A stretch of DNA of 64,000 nucleotides, taken from positions 3,389 to 67,388 of IMG/VR virus record IMGVR_UViG_3300033996_001333, one strand, 5' to 3'. The notes under the pieces were generated by a model. That model searched no databases. It saw nothing but the letters and a program-made list of their open reading frames with translations, and was not told the origin of the DNA. Position numbers and translations under genes: made by a program. The stretch is from a virus. Of the stretch, positions 35,948 through 44,360 are shown one piece after another; the stretch's first letter is position 1, and the number at the start of each line of letters is the position of its first letter.

Positions 35948-36838
35948 ATGACAGTCACACTGAAAGCCACTCATCTTGTAAACGAGGGAAGCTACCTTGT
36001 TCAGAGGAGCCGTCACAATGGCCTTGAGGTAGATGGAATCCCTATAACAACAAACACTTTCGTTGTGTCGGATCTATCGACCATCCTCAATGTTAACGTA
36101 ATTCCCGCCACAATTACGCATTACACGGGAGAGAATGGCGACACGATGCCAGTTGAATCTTTTAGGAGGGAGAAAGAATACCTTAGCTCCAAAGGTTTTC
36201 CGGAAGAGGGGTACTCAAGCTGCTACATCTTTGAGAATCTCGACGACGAATTTACCTATAAGCGTTTTATCCAAAGGTGGAAGCCGGTGTACGGCGTGTC
36301 ACGAACGGTAAAGGAGCCTGTCACAGTTGAATTGACGGAAGTTCGGACCGACTCCGGCGACCCAGACATTCAGTCTATGTGGAACTCTCCGCAATGCGCA
36401 ACCAAGGCACACCTATACACCTTAGACCGCAATGCGATTTCTCTCCGAGACTTCAAAGCTTGTTGCGAAGCTCATGGCTTAGACTACAATATCCCGTCCC
36501 ACAGCGGTATTCGATTTGCAAAGATCGACGGGAAGTACGCCGGGTTTGACGACATGGACTTTTCCAAGTCTCCCCCTTTCATTGGTACTCTCGACCAGTG
36601 CAAAGCAGAAAAGTTGTCTCTTTACAAGAGGGTGACGAATACTATCAAACTATACATTGCGAAGTATAGGACGAAACCCGCACTGAAAAACGCTGCAGAG
36701 GTTCTATCCGATCTAGACACCATTTGGGTCTTGGTACAGAAAGCCACACCCATGAAAGCCTCTCGCGACAATCACACTGCCGCACTCGCCGCAATCAGTA
36801 AGCTGCAGACCTCGGTTCGTGAGGAGTTGTTGGACTAA
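35948..36838 (+). CDS. hypothetical protein
   Basis: 296 aa ORF. Confidence 0.5.
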   Translation: MTVTLKATHLVNEGSYLVQRSRHNGLEVDGIPITTNTFVVSDLSTILNVNVIPATITHYTGENGDTMPVESFRREKEYLSSKGFPEEGYSSCYIFENLDDEFTYKRFIQRWKPVYGVSRTVKEPVTVELTEVRTDSGDPDIQSMWNSPQCATKAHLYTLDRNAISLRDFKACCEAHGLDYNIPSHSGIRFAKIDGKYAGFDDMDFSKSPPFIGTLDQCKAEKLSLYKRVTNTIKLYIAKYRTKPALKNAAEVLSDLDTIWVLVQKATPMKASRDNHTAALAAISKLQTSVREELLD

Positions 36839-36907
36839 GGCGGTTCACCCCCTTGCCTTCCCGGCAGGAAAGCGATATAGTTACTTCAGTCCACGCACGC
36901 AACCATG
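36838..36907 (+). promoter_or_regulatory. intergenic element copy 16 plus conserved leader
   Basis: GGCGGTTCACCCCCTTGCCTTCCCGGCAGGAAAGCGATATAGTTACTTCAGTCCACGCACGCAACCATG. Confidence 0.55.
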
Positions 36908-37123
36908 ACCTTCGACCCTCAAGCAGAAGCACGCTCAATGCTGCTTTGTTGGGAAAAGTACTACGTTATTCCACCTAACACTAAAACACTTCGAGATTGC
37001 GCTGAGCATGGCGCTACACACTGCGCCTACGGCTGGCCAAAGTTTCCGGACCCCAGATGGAACAGTGAGCAGATCGAAGCGTATCTTGCTGCCTACTGCT
37101 CTGCCCCGCATAGTCCGTGCTGA
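36905..37123 (+). CDS. hypothetical protein (duplicated N-terminus M-T/A-F-x-PQAEA)
   Basis: The first ~25 codons are near-identical in DNA to the gene at 37217. Confidence 0.45.
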   Translation: MTFDPQAEARSMLLCWEKYYVIPPNTKTLRDCAEHGATHCAYGWPKFPDPRWNSEQIEAYLAAYCSAPHSPC

Positions 37124-37148
37124 GGCACACCCACCGATCCCTTTCTTT

Positions 37149-37219
37149 GGGGCGGTTTACCCCCTTTCTTTCTCGAAGAGAAAGCGGTATAGTTACTTCA
37201 GTCCACGCACGCAACCATG
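37149..37219 (+). promoter_or_regulatory. intergenic element copy 17 plus conserved leader
   Basis: GGGGCGGTTTACCCCCTTTCTTTCTCGAAGAGAAAGCGGTATAGTTACTTCAGTCCACGCACGCAACCATG. Confidence 0.55.
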
Positions 37220-37492
37220 GCCTTCCACCCTCAAGCAGAAGCCGATCTCGAAGCACTTTGGCTGGGGCTTCCCGAAGAAACCCGAAGCAAGGTTGAGAAG
37301 ATGCCCGCAGGTTTGCGAGATTCTTTTCTGAAGTTGGCCCACTCCTATGCACTTTCCGCCTACGAACTTGGATCTCGGCGATCCAGGCAAGACTGCCACC
37401 GGGCTATTTTACTTGTGGCTGAGAAGGTGCATCCCGACAGCAACTTGGAAAGTTTTCTGGAGCCTGACTACGGAATGGTGCCCCGTGCGTAG
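37217..37492 (+). CDS. hypothetical protein (duplicated N-terminus)
   Basis: MAFHPQAEADLEAL. Shares promoter, leader and start with the gene at 36905. Confidence 0.45.
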   Translation: MAFHPQAEADLEALWLGLPEETRSKVEKMPAGLRDSFLKLAHSYALSAYELGSRRSRQDCHRAILLVAEKVHPDSNLESFLEPDYGMVPRA

Positions 37493-37528
37493 ATCTACCA
37501 ACGAACCAATGAATCTTAGCAAAGTTTT

Positions 37529-37783
37529 TTGAATTTCCGCTACCCCCTGAACCGAAGCAAAGCCGTGATCAACCCTAAGCCACCGATAACAGATGCGCAA
37601 AGTAACATGTTAAGGCTTATTGAACGCAGCACGGACTCAGGGGACGGATGGCGCTCAGTGTCTAGCCTCCTTTGGAATCTAGTGGTGGAGCAAAGCCATC
37701 CAGAACTAACTGAGTTGGATCAAGAAAACAAGCGGGTCCGGTTTACACCGGAAGGACTCATTGTGATGAAGTATTTGCCATGA
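37529..37783 (+). CDS. hypothetical protein
   Basis: 84 aa ORF. Confidence 0.35.
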   Translation: MNFRYPLNRSKAVINPKPPITDAQSNMLRLIERSTDSGDGWRSVSSLLWNLVVEQSHPELTELDQENKRVRFTPEGLIVMKYLP

Positions 37784-38034
37784 CTCTTGAGTCACCAATT
37801 CTTAATCTTGCAGAGTTTCTCGGCAAAGAAGTTATCATTCTGCTACGCAACGGTCCTACACAAGCCGGAGTTATTATACCTTCTTCGATTGAGTTGCTGC
37901 CATGGGGCTGGATGACCGGGTTGTACCCCTACTCCATAGACTCAGCTCCAGCTCTTACTTGGACCGGCACAGGTCGGTGGGATATTATTGATGAACACGA
38001 GTACGACATTATGAAAATTGATCTAAAAAACTGA
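37780..38034 (+). CDS. hypothetical protein
   Basis: 84 aa. ATGA overlap with the upstream gene. Confidence 0.4.
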   Translation: MTLESPILNLAEFLGKEVIILLRNGPTQAGVIIPSSIELLPWGWMTGLYPYSIDSAPALTWTGTGRWDIIDEHEYDIMKIDLKN

Positions 38035-38044
38035 ATGAGAAACA

Positions 38045-38600
38045 ATGATTGAGGCTAAAGGGGCAATGAAAGTGTACACAGGAATTGGGGGGCGAGAGAC
38101 ACCTGGTCCGATTCTGGCACTTATGGGCCGAATTTCGGCAAGGATGGACCGTCTAGGATTCACACTGCGCTCGGGTGGTGCAGACGGGGCTGACTCAGCT
38201 TTTGAGGAACACTCTACGAGAAAAGAGATATTTCTCCCGTACAACGGCTTTAATGGAAGGCACCACGATGGCGTATCCTACTTTGACTACCTTTTGTGTC
38301 CAGGACGAGAGCTAGCTCAAGAAAGCGTGGAGCGGTTCCACCCCGCACCCTCTCGGCTCTACGGTAAGGGGCGAAAGTTAATGGCTAGGAACGCGATGCA
38401 AGTCCTAGGGAGAGACTGCAAGAGCCCAACAGACGTGGTAATTTGCTGGACAAAAACGGTAAGGATGTCGGTGGAACTTCGCAGGGGATTCGCATCGCTA
38501 GGTTTCACAACATTCCTATCCTTAACCTTGGCAACTCGGCCACAGAGACCTATCTCACTGCTTTCACAGACGATTCCGACTCGCCTTTTGTACTTCCTTA
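38045..38600 (+). CDS. SLOG-family protein (DUF2493/DprA-like), apparently frame-shifted
   Basis: YTGIGGRETP...LRSGGADGADSAFEE is a DUF2493/SLOG motif. Near 38452-38456 (CAAAAAC) the coding signal moves to the -1 frame, which reads ...GKDVGGTSQGIRIARFHNIPILNLGNSATETYLTAFTDDSDSPFVLP*. The track ORF tail beyond about 38470 reads as non-coding. Confidence 0.45.
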
Positions 38601-38666
38601 GGGCGGTTTCCCGGTTATCCTGGGGCGGTTTCCCCGTTTGTTTTCCAGACGGAAAACGCTATAGTA
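38601..38666 (+). promoter_or_regulatory. intergenic element copy 18 (double motif)
   Basis: GGGCGGTTTCCCGGTTATCCTGGGGCGGTTTCCCCGTTTGTTTTCCAGACGGAAAACGCTATAGT. Confidence 0.55.
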
Positions 38667-38708
38667 TGTTTATACGGGACAAAACCCGCAATCCATCCCT
38701 CAGACAAA

Positions 38709-38987
38709 ATGGCATTCACATCCGAAGGAACAATCGAGATCGACCTTCCCGAGTTATGGGAATGGGTTCACGACAACTATCTCCCTGTCCCCAGGGGGTC
38801 TGAGGTACGTTATGGGGTGCCCCGCATCAACCGTGGGAACTCCGTCATGGAAATTGACTTTGCGGCTGCTACCGAGTGCGATCCGGCGGATTGGGCGGTG
38901 AAGCCGAAGGCGGTGACCCAGTGGGATTCTACTGGCGCTGCACCAACTGAGGGTCCTACCGAGGGGGGGAGCTCAACATACCATTGA
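38709..38987 (+). CDS. hypothetical protein
   Basis: 92 aa. The 3' end contains a G7 tract at 38963-38969. Confidence 0.45.
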   Translation: MAFTSEGTIEIDLPELWEWVHDNYLPVPRGSEVRYGVPRINRGNSVMEIDFAAATECDPADWAVKPKAVTQWDSTGAAPTEGPTEGGSSTYH

Positions 38988-38988
38988 G

Positions 38989-39138
38989 CTGCGTGTATCG
39001 CAAAACTTTTATGACGTGGTGACCCTTCTTGCAAAGACTGACGGTATAAGTAAAGCCGACGTCATAAGAAGGGCTGTGGAGCTATTCGCCAGAGAGGCAG
39101 CCGAAGAGCTCCAGAGAACTCACCCACTTAACAACTAA
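38989..39138 (+). CDS. ribbon-helix-helix (CopG/Arc-like) domain, no canonical start
   Basis: ELRVSQNFYDVVTLLAKTDGISKADVIRRAVELFAREAAEEL is a classic RHH pattern. It lies in the +1 frame relative to 38709..38987, immediately after the G7 tract. Confidence 0.4.
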   Translation: MRVSQNFYDVVTLLAKTDGISKADVIRRAVELFAREAAEELQRTHPLNN

Positions 39139-39159
39139 AAACAAACACCCTAAGGAAAA

Positions 39160-40281
39160 ATGGCAAACATCGAACGCAAACTCGCCTCCGTCCGACAAGT
39201 AACGGAGATTCGCCCAATCCCGGACGCCGACGCAATTGAGTGCGCCATCGTGGGAGGTGGCTGGCCCGTTGTCGTGAAGAAGGGGGAGTTCCAAGCTGGC
39301 GATCTTGCAATCTACTTCGAGATTGACTCGTGGATCCCCCACGGGCTTGCCCCGTTCTTGTCAAAGGGGAAGGAACCAAGGGAGTACAATGGAGTGAAGG
39401 GGGAAAGGTTGAAAACCGTCCGGCTCCGTGGCCAAGTCTCTCAGGGTCTCCTACTTCGCTTCTCGGACATCTCTCCAAGCTTCTACGTTGTTTCGCTAGC
39501 TGAACCTTATGGGGGGAGGGGATCTCTCCGAGTTGATGAGTGTGTGTGGGAAGAAGGCGAAGATTTCACTCTAGAGTTTGGCATTCAGAAATGGGAGGCC
39601 ACGGTCCCCGCTTGCCTTGCCGGACAAGTGCGTGGAAACTTCCCGAGTTTTTTGGTTAAGAGTGACCAAGAGAGATGTCAAAATATCGTGAGAAAAATCT
39701 TCGAGGAGCACAAGGAGGAAACCTACGAAGTATCCTTGAAGCTGGACGGGTCTTCCTGCACCATTTATGCCCGAGACGGGGACAGTGGCGTGTGTAGCCG
39801 CAACCTAGACCTTAAGGAAACAGAAGGAAACAGCTTCTGGAAGGCTGCTCGAGAACAAGGTGTAATCGACGCCTTGCTGTCCTATAATAAGGAAACCGGT
39901 CGCAACATTGCTCTTCAGATGGAGCTGTGCGGTGAAGGAATTCAAGGAAACCAAGAAGGAATCAAAGGACAACGGCTTTTTCTTTTTGACGTCTTCGACA
40001 TCGACACTCAGACCTACATGAAGCCGGGGCAGCGACTTGTTTTCCTTGACGAGGTTTTGACTGAGCTTGGGGCCAAGTTGGAACACACTCCCATTATTGA
40101 CCTTCGAACTTACGTTGCCGGACGATTCGCCAACCTTGACGAGCTACTTGCTTATGCAGATGGTCCGTCTATGAACCCAAAAGTCAAGCGTGAAGGTGTG
40201 GTGTTCAAATCGTACGACTCCGCGTTCTCCTTCAAGGCCATTAGCAACGAGTGGTTGCTGTGGAAAGGGAAGAAAGGGTGA
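39160..40281 (+). CDS. RNA ligase, DraRnl/DRB0094-like (Rnl5 family)
   Basis: N-terminal KLASVRQVTEIRPIPDADAIECAIVGGGWPVVVKKGEFQAGDLAIYFEIDSWIP resembles the DRB0094-family N-domain. Motif I candidate VSLKLDGSS (KxDG). Confidence 0.55.
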   Translation: MANIERKLASVRQVTEIRPIPDADAIECAIVGGGWPVVVKKGEFQAGDLAIYFEIDSWIPHGLAPFLSKGKEPREYNGVKGERLKTVRLRGQVSQGLLLRFSDISPSFYVVSLAEPYGGRGSLRVDECVWEEGEDFTLEFGIQKWEATVPACLAGQVRGNFPSFLVKSDQERCQNIVRKIFEEHKEETYEVSLKLDGSSCTIYARDGDSGVCSRNLDLKETEGNSFWKAAREQGVIDALLSYNKETGRNIALQMELCGEGIQGNQEGIKGQRLFLFDVFDIDTQTYMKPGQRLVFLDEVLTELGAKLEHTPIIDLRTYVAGRFANLDELLAYADGPSMNPKVKREGVVFKSYDSAFSFKAISNEWLLWKGKKG

Positions 40282-40299
40282 GGGTGAATTGCCCCTTAA

Positions 40300-40343
40300 G
40301 GGCGGTTTCCCGCCCTTGTTTCTCCGGGGGCAAAACGCTATAA
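40300..40343 (+). promoter_or_regulatory. intergenic element copy 19 (canonical)
   Basis: GGGCGGTTTCCCGCCCTTGTTTCTCCGGGGGCAAAACGCTATAAT. Confidence 0.6.
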
Positions 40344-40376
40344 TAAATGAGTCAGTTCACCCCGCACTAAACCTAA

Positions 40377-40649
40377 ATGTCCGCCCCAACCTCGTATGAG
40401 TACCCTCAGGGCACTACTCCCGAAGCGATTGAAGCCTTTCGCACCATCTGGTGTCAAACACCCGAAGACGACATCCGCTTAGGTCCCGTCTTTGAAATAT
40501 TCCTGAAGGGGTTTGTTGCCGGTCGGATTTCCATATTTGAGCAACTTTCCTACGGCATCTCGGACTTGGACGAGAGGGTTGAGGACCTGGAGCGATTCCG
40601 AAACGCAACCGCAAATTACGACTCGTTCGGCGACTACACACGACAATAA
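40377..40649 (+). CDS. hypothetical protein
   Basis: 90 aa ORF. Confidence 0.45.
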   Translation: MSAPTSYEYPQGTTPEAIEAFRTIWCQTPEDDIRLGPVFEIFLKGFVAGRISIFEQLSYGISDLDERVEDLERFRNATANYDSFGDYTRQ

Positions 40650-40762
40650 AGCCACTATTCCAAACTCTCCTGACCTAACCTTAGTTGTAGCTGTACGTTA
40701 TTCACATACGGCTCAGTACGCCCTACGGTTACACTCTCCGGTCCAAACCGCAAATCTCAAAA

Positions 40763-40975
40763 ATGGAACTACTTGCCATAGCCCTGTTCAGTGTAGCCAT
40801 CGGTGCCATAGGCTACACCTGCGATCGACGAGACTGGAACGGGGGCTTCTGCAGGGAGTCCGGTAAACCGTGGGTTCAGTTTGACACCGCAAGCGATGGC
40901 TCCCGAGGATATAGGGACGGGTCTGATAACTACATTTGGATTTCTTATCCCGTCGACCACTCGAAAGTTTCCTAG
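40763..40975 (+). CDS. hypothetical protein
   Basis: 70 aa with N-terminal hydrophobic segment. Confidence 0.4.
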   Translation: MELLAIALFSVAIGAIGYTCDRRDWNGGFCRESGKPWVQFDTASDGSRGYRDGSDNYIWISYPVDHSKVS

Positions 40976-41023
40976 TGCCCTCAACCGTGCCATTTCAACT
41001 CCCCATATACACAACCACCCCAA

Positions 41024-41326
41024 ATGATAAATCCAGAAGACCGAATCTTGTTCGACCCTCTCACTGAAACTTTCACGTATCCTGACGGGATTCAAGAAAC
41101 CCTGGCCCAATACAAACGACGAACTTACCAGTTCGAGTACATTCGCAATCTCCAGAGTGCACTCGAAGAACTTAAGGTTCTTTACCAAAACCCTGGCTGC
41201 ATGACCAAATCCGAGTACGAAAAGGCCAAAGAGAAAATCCAGGACGAGTTCGACTACTGGGAACTCAACCTTTTCATCGAGTACGACGATGACGACTTTG
41301 GTAGTTCACCTAAGTATCCGCATTAA
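41024..41326 (+). CDS. hypothetical protein
   Basis: 100 aa ORF. Confidence 0.45.
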   Translation: MINPEDRILFDPLTETFTYPDGIQETLAQYKRRTYQFEYIRNLQSALEELKVLYQNPGCMTKSEYEKAKEKIQDEFDYWELNLFIEYDDDDFGSSPKYPH

Positions 41327-41359
41327 CACAAAACTCTGGCTAACTCATCACTCGTCAAA

Positions 41360-41527
41360 ATGTCTCCACTACTCTCCGCGCTCATCTGGATGTTTATAAT
41401 GTGGGTGTCCATATTTTTGGGTCTCGTACGTTACAGGGAAAATAAACTAGGGTGGGCTTCCTTTAATTTTTTGACCACCGTATTAGCACTTTGCAACCTT
41501 ATAGGTTTGCTTCTGAAACCCAATTAA
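41360..41527 (+). CDS. small membrane protein (55 aa)
   Basis: MSPLLSALIWMFIMWVSIFLGLV... has two hydrophobic segments. Below the track cutoff. Confidence 0.35.
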   Translation: MSPLLSALIWMFIMWVSIFLGLVRYRENKLGWASFNFLTTVLALCNLIGLLLKPN

Positions 41528-41531
41528 CCGT

Positions 41532-42041
41532 ATGAGTACACTTTATAGGGCCAACGGAGACCTGTTAGTGCTGGCTCGCAAGGGTCAGTTTGACATAATT
41601 GTCCACGGCGCCAATTGTTTTAATAAGATGGCTTCAGGCATCGCGGGGCAAATAAGCCGTGAGCACCCTGAAGCAGCGAACGTTGACCTTTCCACTCGGG
41701 CAGGGGACCGGGGCAAACTCGGTCGTTTTACCATGGCACAGGTTCAAGGGAGCGGTAACCATACTTTCTACATTGTCAACGCATATACTCAGTACTCGTA
41801 CGGAAGGGGCAAAGACATTTTCGAGTATGACTTTTTCCGAGACTTTCTCAAAAGTTTTCAAACTTTTTTAAGGAGCGGCGCCATGGCTGCGCCACTGGAC
41901 GGGAAGTTTGCGGTAGGATTCCCATACATTGGGTGCGGTCTCGCTGGCGGAGACGAAGAAAAGATAGTGAATATGCTCGAAAGTTTTTCCGGATCGTGCC
42001 ACGATATTGCGGAAGTCACTCTCGTACGGTACGTGCGATGA
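41532..42041 (+). CDS. macro domain protein (ADP-ribose binding/hydrolase)
   Basis: IVHGANCFNKMASGIAGQI and GFPYIGCGLAGGD match the macro-domain patterns VNAAN...GGGVA.AI and FP.I.tGi.G. Confidence 0.65.
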   Translation: MSTLYRANGDLLVLARKGQFDIIVHGANCFNKMASGIAGQISREHPEAANVDLSTRAGDRGKLGRFTMAQVQGSGNHTFYIVNAYTQYSYGRGKDIFEYDFFRDFLKSFQTFLRSGAMAAPLDGKFAVGFPYIGCGLAGGDEEKIVNMLESFSGSCHDIAEVTLVRYVR

Positions 42042-42216
42042 CCTCTCTGCAGTGGTTAAACATCGCCTCGTGTGCTGCTCGTCGCCTCTTTGGCCTACGA
42101 CTTCAAGGGTCGTCCACTGCCGAGTCTCAGACCGGAGAGAAAGCAACTATAGACATGGCGCTGTCCAAGGCGAATTTAAGATCGTATTTCCAGCCGAACA
42201 GCACAAGATGACAGTT

Positions 42217-42262
42217 GGGGGCGGTTTCCACCCTTTGCTTTTCGGGGTAAATGGGCTATACT
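42217..42262 (+). promoter_or_regulatory. intergenic element copy 20
   Basis: GGGGGCGGTTTCCACCCTTTGCTTTTCGGGGTAAATGGGCTATACT. Confidence 0.5.
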
Positions 42263-42317
42263 AGCTTTAGGGAGTTCACCCTCTACAACGAACTCCTAGA
42301 AACCTTTCTCAAAGAAA

Positions 42318-42638
42318 ATGAAAACCTTTCTTGAACCCTTGCGCAGAGTCAACTACGTGGTTGTTGGTAACAGAGCCGTGGACGCGGCACTGACTACGAT
42401 TGCGTGGTCCGTTCTCCTTTTTGGCCTTGCGGGCAAGGCTGCTAAGGCTCTAAGACCCCACCTTGTCGTTGCCCTGAAGGCACTGCTTAATGCCCTGGAG
42501 GAGCCACCGTCACCGGTCCAACCCCTTGCTCTTGCAGAGTCTCCTGCGCCATCCCCGGTTGTCTCAGCACCTGCTGTCGCCAGAAAAAGGCCCACCCGTC
42601 GCGAGCCTGCACAACACAAAGGATTTCTACGTGGCTAA
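42318..42638 (+). CDS. hypothetical protein
   Basis: 106 aa, Ala/Pro-rich. Confidence 0.4.
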   Translation: MKTFLEPLRRVNYVVVGNRAVDAALTTIAWSVLLFGLAGKAAKALRPHLVVALKALLNALEEPPSPVQPLALAESPAPSPVVSAPAVARKRPTRREPAQHKGFLRG

Positions 42639-42682
42639 GGGCGGTTTCCCGCCCTTGCCTTTCAGACGGAAAAACGCTATAG
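42639..42682 (+). promoter_or_regulatory. intergenic element copy 21 (canonical)
   Basis: GGGCGGTTTCCCGCCCTTGCCTTTCAGACGGAAAAACGCTATAGT. Confidence 0.6.
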
Positions 42683-42689
42683 TTATATC

Positions 42690-43427
42690 ATGAATAACGT
42701 TACTTCCAATTTTGCCTTCATCGGCGACCTACACTCTCAGAGAAAGCCCCTGCTCAAAGCACTCGATTATTGCCGAGGAGCAAATTGCACACCAATTTTC
42801 CTCGGCGACCTTTTTGACTCTCGCATGGAAACAAGCGACAGTGTGGGTGTGTACAAAGCCGTTCGGCAAGCCGTGGAAGAAGGGGCGATTGTGCTTCGAA
42901 GCAACCACCAAAACAAGCTGGAGCGTTACGCTCGCGGGAACAACGTGGTTCTTAAAGAGGGCTTTGAGCGTACTGTGCAAGACTTCTCAGACGCAGGTAT
43001 CCCTATTGAGGAAGTCTCTGCCTGGCTGGAAACTTTTCCCTACGGGGTTGCCTTGCGAGATTCCAGAGGGACAGAGTACCGTTGTGCTCACGCGATGTTT
43101 CCGAAGTGGGTTCTTGTTCCGCCGTCTTACACAGGAGTATACCGTGTGAATGAGGTTACGAGAAAAGCCAAGGACTACATGCTATTTGGTCCTCGCCGTC
43201 CCGGTGCGGTGTACCCTCAAGATGAGACTCGTGTCTTTTGGTGGGAAGAGGAATGCGATCGGACCTGGGTTCGTGTCGCAGGGCACTACCACCACGTTCA
43301 CACGAGCGAGAAGAGCCTGGTTCTCGACGGTCAGATGGGTGGCAGCACTCAGAAAAGTTTTGACCCGGCGCACGCTCGCCTCTGTGTGTGGAACCTGGAA
43401 GAACAGACCCTTGTTCAGTTTGCTTAG
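42690..43427 (+). CDS. calcineurin-like metallophosphoesterase
   Basis: FIGDLHSQ...IFLGDLFDSR...SNHQN matches the GDxHG / GDxxDRG / GNH(E/D) pattern. Confidence 0.6.
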   Translation: MNNVTSNFAFIGDLHSQRKPLLKALDYCRGANCTPIFLGDLFDSRMETSDSVGVYKAVRQAVEEGAIVLRSNHQNKLERYARGNNVVLKEGFERTVQDFSDAGIPIEEVSAWLETFPYGVALRDSRGTEYRCAHAMFPKWVLVPPSYTGVYRVNEVTRKAKDYMLFGPRRPGAVYPQDETRVFWWEEECDRTWVRVAGHYHHVHTSEKSLVLDGQMGGSTQKSFDPAHARLCVWNLEEQTLVQFA

Positions 43428-43445
43428 TCTCCCAACCCTTAACTT

Positions 43446-43670
43446 ATGAACCCCAACCCCTACGACACTGCCTTACATGGTAAGGCGTTTTCCCTTGGCG
43501 ATGCGATTCAGACTCGACTATGGGACCTTTCCGTGCAATGTCATCTCCTCCTTGATCGCGGACAGTTTGACCTCGTAAGGTTACTCCAAGCTGAGGGCGA
43601 AGCTCTCGCTCAGGCATACGAAAACCAAGAACCCTTCCTTGTAACACACTTTAACCGGAATGAAAGCTGA
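43446..43670 (+). CDS. hypothetical protein
   Basis: 74 aa ORF. Confidence 0.4.
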   Translation: MNPNPYDTALHGKAFSLGDAIQTRLWDLSVQCHLLLDRGQFDLVRLLQAEGEALAQAYENQEPFLVTHFNRNES

Positions 43671-44004
43671 CAGAGTAGTTCGAGGCGGCAAAGTCGCCGT
43701 TTTATATAGCCCAGGCTTTGGCGCTGGTTGGAGCACATGGAACTCCAGTGATGGTGAGGGTACCGACGGTCTCGAAAACTTTCTGTTGTTCGACCCCACC
43801 CTGGTGCACATGGTTGAAGACGACCGCCGAGACTCCATTCCAGAGTACGTTGAGTCCGTTTATCCTGACTCCCACTTTTATGGCGGCGGCGCGAGACAAC
43901 TTTCAATTTACTGGGTACCTGAAGGGGTTATGTTTAAGGTTACGGAATACGACGGGTCTGAGTCCCTTGAGTTTCGTGACGCTGAAGACTGGAAAATTGC
44001 TTAG
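43660..44004 (+). CDS. hypothetical protein
   Basis: 114 aa ORF. Confidence 0.45.
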   Translation: MKADRVVRGGKVAVLYSPGFGAGWSTWNSSDGEGTDGLENFLLFDPTLVHMVEDDRRDSIPEYVESVYPDSHFYGGGARQLSIYWVPEGVMFKVTEYDGSESLEFRDAEDWKIA

Positions 44005-44025
44005 TTGCCTACCCTGTAACCCCAC

Positions 44026-44187
44026 ATGCTAATACGAGTTCTTGGTGTCGCTGCTGGCATGTCCCTACTTCTGCTCATTCTTCTTTTGAGGGGACTTCCA
44101 GTGGTGTTCTTCCTTAAAATTGTACCGCTAGCACTCCTCCTTGGTGTCGCAGTTGCGTTTATTTACGCCGGCATTTCTCCGGATTAA
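44026..44187 (+). CDS. small membrane protein (53 aa)
   Basis: MLIRVLGVAAGMSLLLLILLLRGLPVVFFLKIVPLALLLGVAVAFIYAG. Confidence 0.35.
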   Translation: MLIRVLGVAAGMSLLLLILLLRGLPVVFFLKIVPLALLLGVAVAFIYAGISPD

Positions 44188-44204
44188 CACTCGCTCTTTT
44201 AATT

Positions 44205-44360
44205 ATGGAAACCGTCACGATTTCAAAAACCGAATACGAAAGATTAGTTGAAGGGCAACTTGAACTCAACGCTCTTCATCAATTTGGGGTTGATAACTGG
44301 TGTTGGTACGATGACGCCGTTAGTTCAATTCAAGAAGAAGAAGAAAATGATGAGCCCTAG
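44205..44360 (+). CDS. small acidic protein (51 aa)
   Basis: METVTISKTEYERLVEGQLELNALHQFGVDNWCWYDD... Confidence 0.3.
   Translation: METVTISKTEYERLVEGQLELNALHQFGVDNWCWYDDAVSSIQEEEENDEP

Noticed and set aside
38600-38803. C-terminal 65 aa of track ORF 38045..38803.
   Set aside because: It reads through the intergenic regulatory element and into the next gene with non-protein-like composition. The coding signal moves to another frame upstream (see the frameshift finding).
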